NCBI GenBank assembly: GCA_964057225.1
Contig: OZ059897.1
Location: forward strand, 12,214,001-12,278,000
Origin: Auanema rhodensis
Taxonomy: Eukaryota; Animalia; Nematoda
Length of the DNA stretch: 64,000 nucleotides
Reading direction: 5' to 3'
The notes beneath the pieces were generated by a model. The model saw nothing but the letters and a program-made list of their open reading frames with translations, did not search any database and was not told where the DNA came from. Every line of letters starts with the position of its first letter. Position 1 is the stretch's first letter. Below, in pieces: positions 62,474 to 64,000 of this stretch. The position numbers and the translations under genes are program-made.

Positions 62474-64000
62474 GAACCGGGCATCTGAAACTGTGTTCTC
62501 ATCTTATTTGCCAAAAAAACATTGCCATTTAAGGTGGTCAGTGAATCGTTTTTTTTCCGGAAACGTCATTGGAATTTTTGATTTGATGATGCAGTAATTC
62601 AGTCTATACATTTCGAGTTATTTTTTTATGAATCATTATATGTTTTTCAAATATAATATTATCTATATTCTTTCAATTAGATCATATATCTAAAAGAAAA
62701 TAGCATTTTCAATTATATTTCTTTTTGGGACTTTAAAATAACAAAAAAAAAGTGAAAAGTACTGAATTTCAAATAGAAATTCTTCACATTTCAGTTTCAT
62801 TGCTTTAATATCAGCACCCTTTTCATTTCACTTTTCAGATCATTTCTAAGAAATTAAGTACTTTTTTTTATAATCTCCGTTAGTTTTAAAGACGTAACTT
62901 TTAGAATAAACCATTAAAGGAATAAAATTTTCTAAAATTAATGAAAATGCCGTTTTTCAAGTCAAATGTACAAGAGTGCAGGTACTAGTTCAAACTTTTT
63001 TTTGAACTTAAAACTTGTCCAAACATCAAGAGGATGATCTAGGTACGTAAGATCAAACTTTTTTATATTCTCTCAAATAAATTTTATTCTTTTAATATTT
63101 TTTTATTTATTACGTTTGATGTTCAGCGAATTTCAGAACTTACAAAATGTTTTTAGCCCTATTCATATATCACTGGACTTAAAGTAAAATTGTCGTAAAA
63201 CCACTCAATTTCACTACAAAGATCAGATACAAAATAGAAAAATGAATTATAACAGGTTTTTTCAAAGGTTACAGGTCATTTTATTTGTAATTTTTTTAAT
63301 TATTTACATTTAAAAAAGCTTGTAATATTAGCAAGAGTAGCTAAAAATAAAGAAGACACACTGTTTCAGTTAAGAGTTTCCCATTCATTTTATCATTTTG
63401 AATTATTTAATCTTTTATATGTTCGATAATTTAATTTAATTTAAAATTGTTCAAAACTGAGATAAGAAGCTTTTTAGATGTAAATTGTATTTGTTCAACC
63501 TCTGACTGTTAGAACATTTGTTGAATAGAGTTCCAAGTACTACCGATCTTGAAAGGTCATTGCGTCTATCCGGAATTTTAACTTCTAGTCCTTCATTCGT
63601 ATTGTTGACCGTTCTTCTTCTACGACAAGCTATCTATCTCTGTTTCTCTCATTCGACCTCTGCTTTCTGTAGTGTATCCTCGCGAAATTCTCTCACTCGT
63701 CCGTCAACCGGCTCAATTTGCTTTTTGCTCTCCCATCTCTACTATTTCTCTGAAATTTTCTGTTGTATTTTCAAATCATTCAGCCTATAGCAAGGTTCGT
63801 CGAGACTGTTTCCAGATTGTTGCTTTTCTCCTTGTTGCAACCTCATTCATTTTCTTTTCTTGTTCAACTCTGTCGCTTTGACTTCGTTTTTCCATCTAGT
63901 TTTGCACATTTCATTGTCCACTATGTTTTAGTCTTTTTCTCCTCTTATTCTCTCACAAACTGATCTGTTTCTCTAACCATTTCCATAGTCAGGAACATCG

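Noticed and set aside
1-64000. CRISPR arrays, operons, rRNA or tRNA genes, prokaryotic defence systems
   Set aside because: Intron-rich nematode DNA; no repeat-spacer periodicity, rRNA-like sequence or tRNA cloverleaf with A/B boxes was seen.

Overview
Very AT-rich eukaryotic DNA from a nematode. The evidence is many 40-60 nt introns, TTTTCAG acceptors just upstream of start codons and a cuticle collagen; the species cannot be determined from the sequence. Four intact spliced genes were reconstructed by hand: a full-length P-glycoprotein of the pgp-3/pgp-4 clade (minus, 5356-11263, 32 coding exons, one GC-AG intron); a Melted/VEPH1 PH-domain gene (plus, 17057-22826); an R3 receptor tyrosine phosphatase, dep-1/PTP10D-like (minus, 24681-47313), with two large introns flanking the transmembrane exon; and a cuticle collagen (minus, 59979-62200). 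A decayed, internally deleted mariner element missed by the ORF track lies at about 1250-1771. No CRISPR array, rRNA, tRNA or recognisable conserved miRNA was found, and I cannot demonstrate a wholly new system. The best leads are regulatory: frame-compatible hidden exons in the dep-1 juxtamembrane intron, complementary (GA)n/(CT)n tracts bracketing one melted exon, ETS-site clusters in dep-1, and several structured GC-rich islands in the 12 kb gene-free stretch upstream of dep-1.
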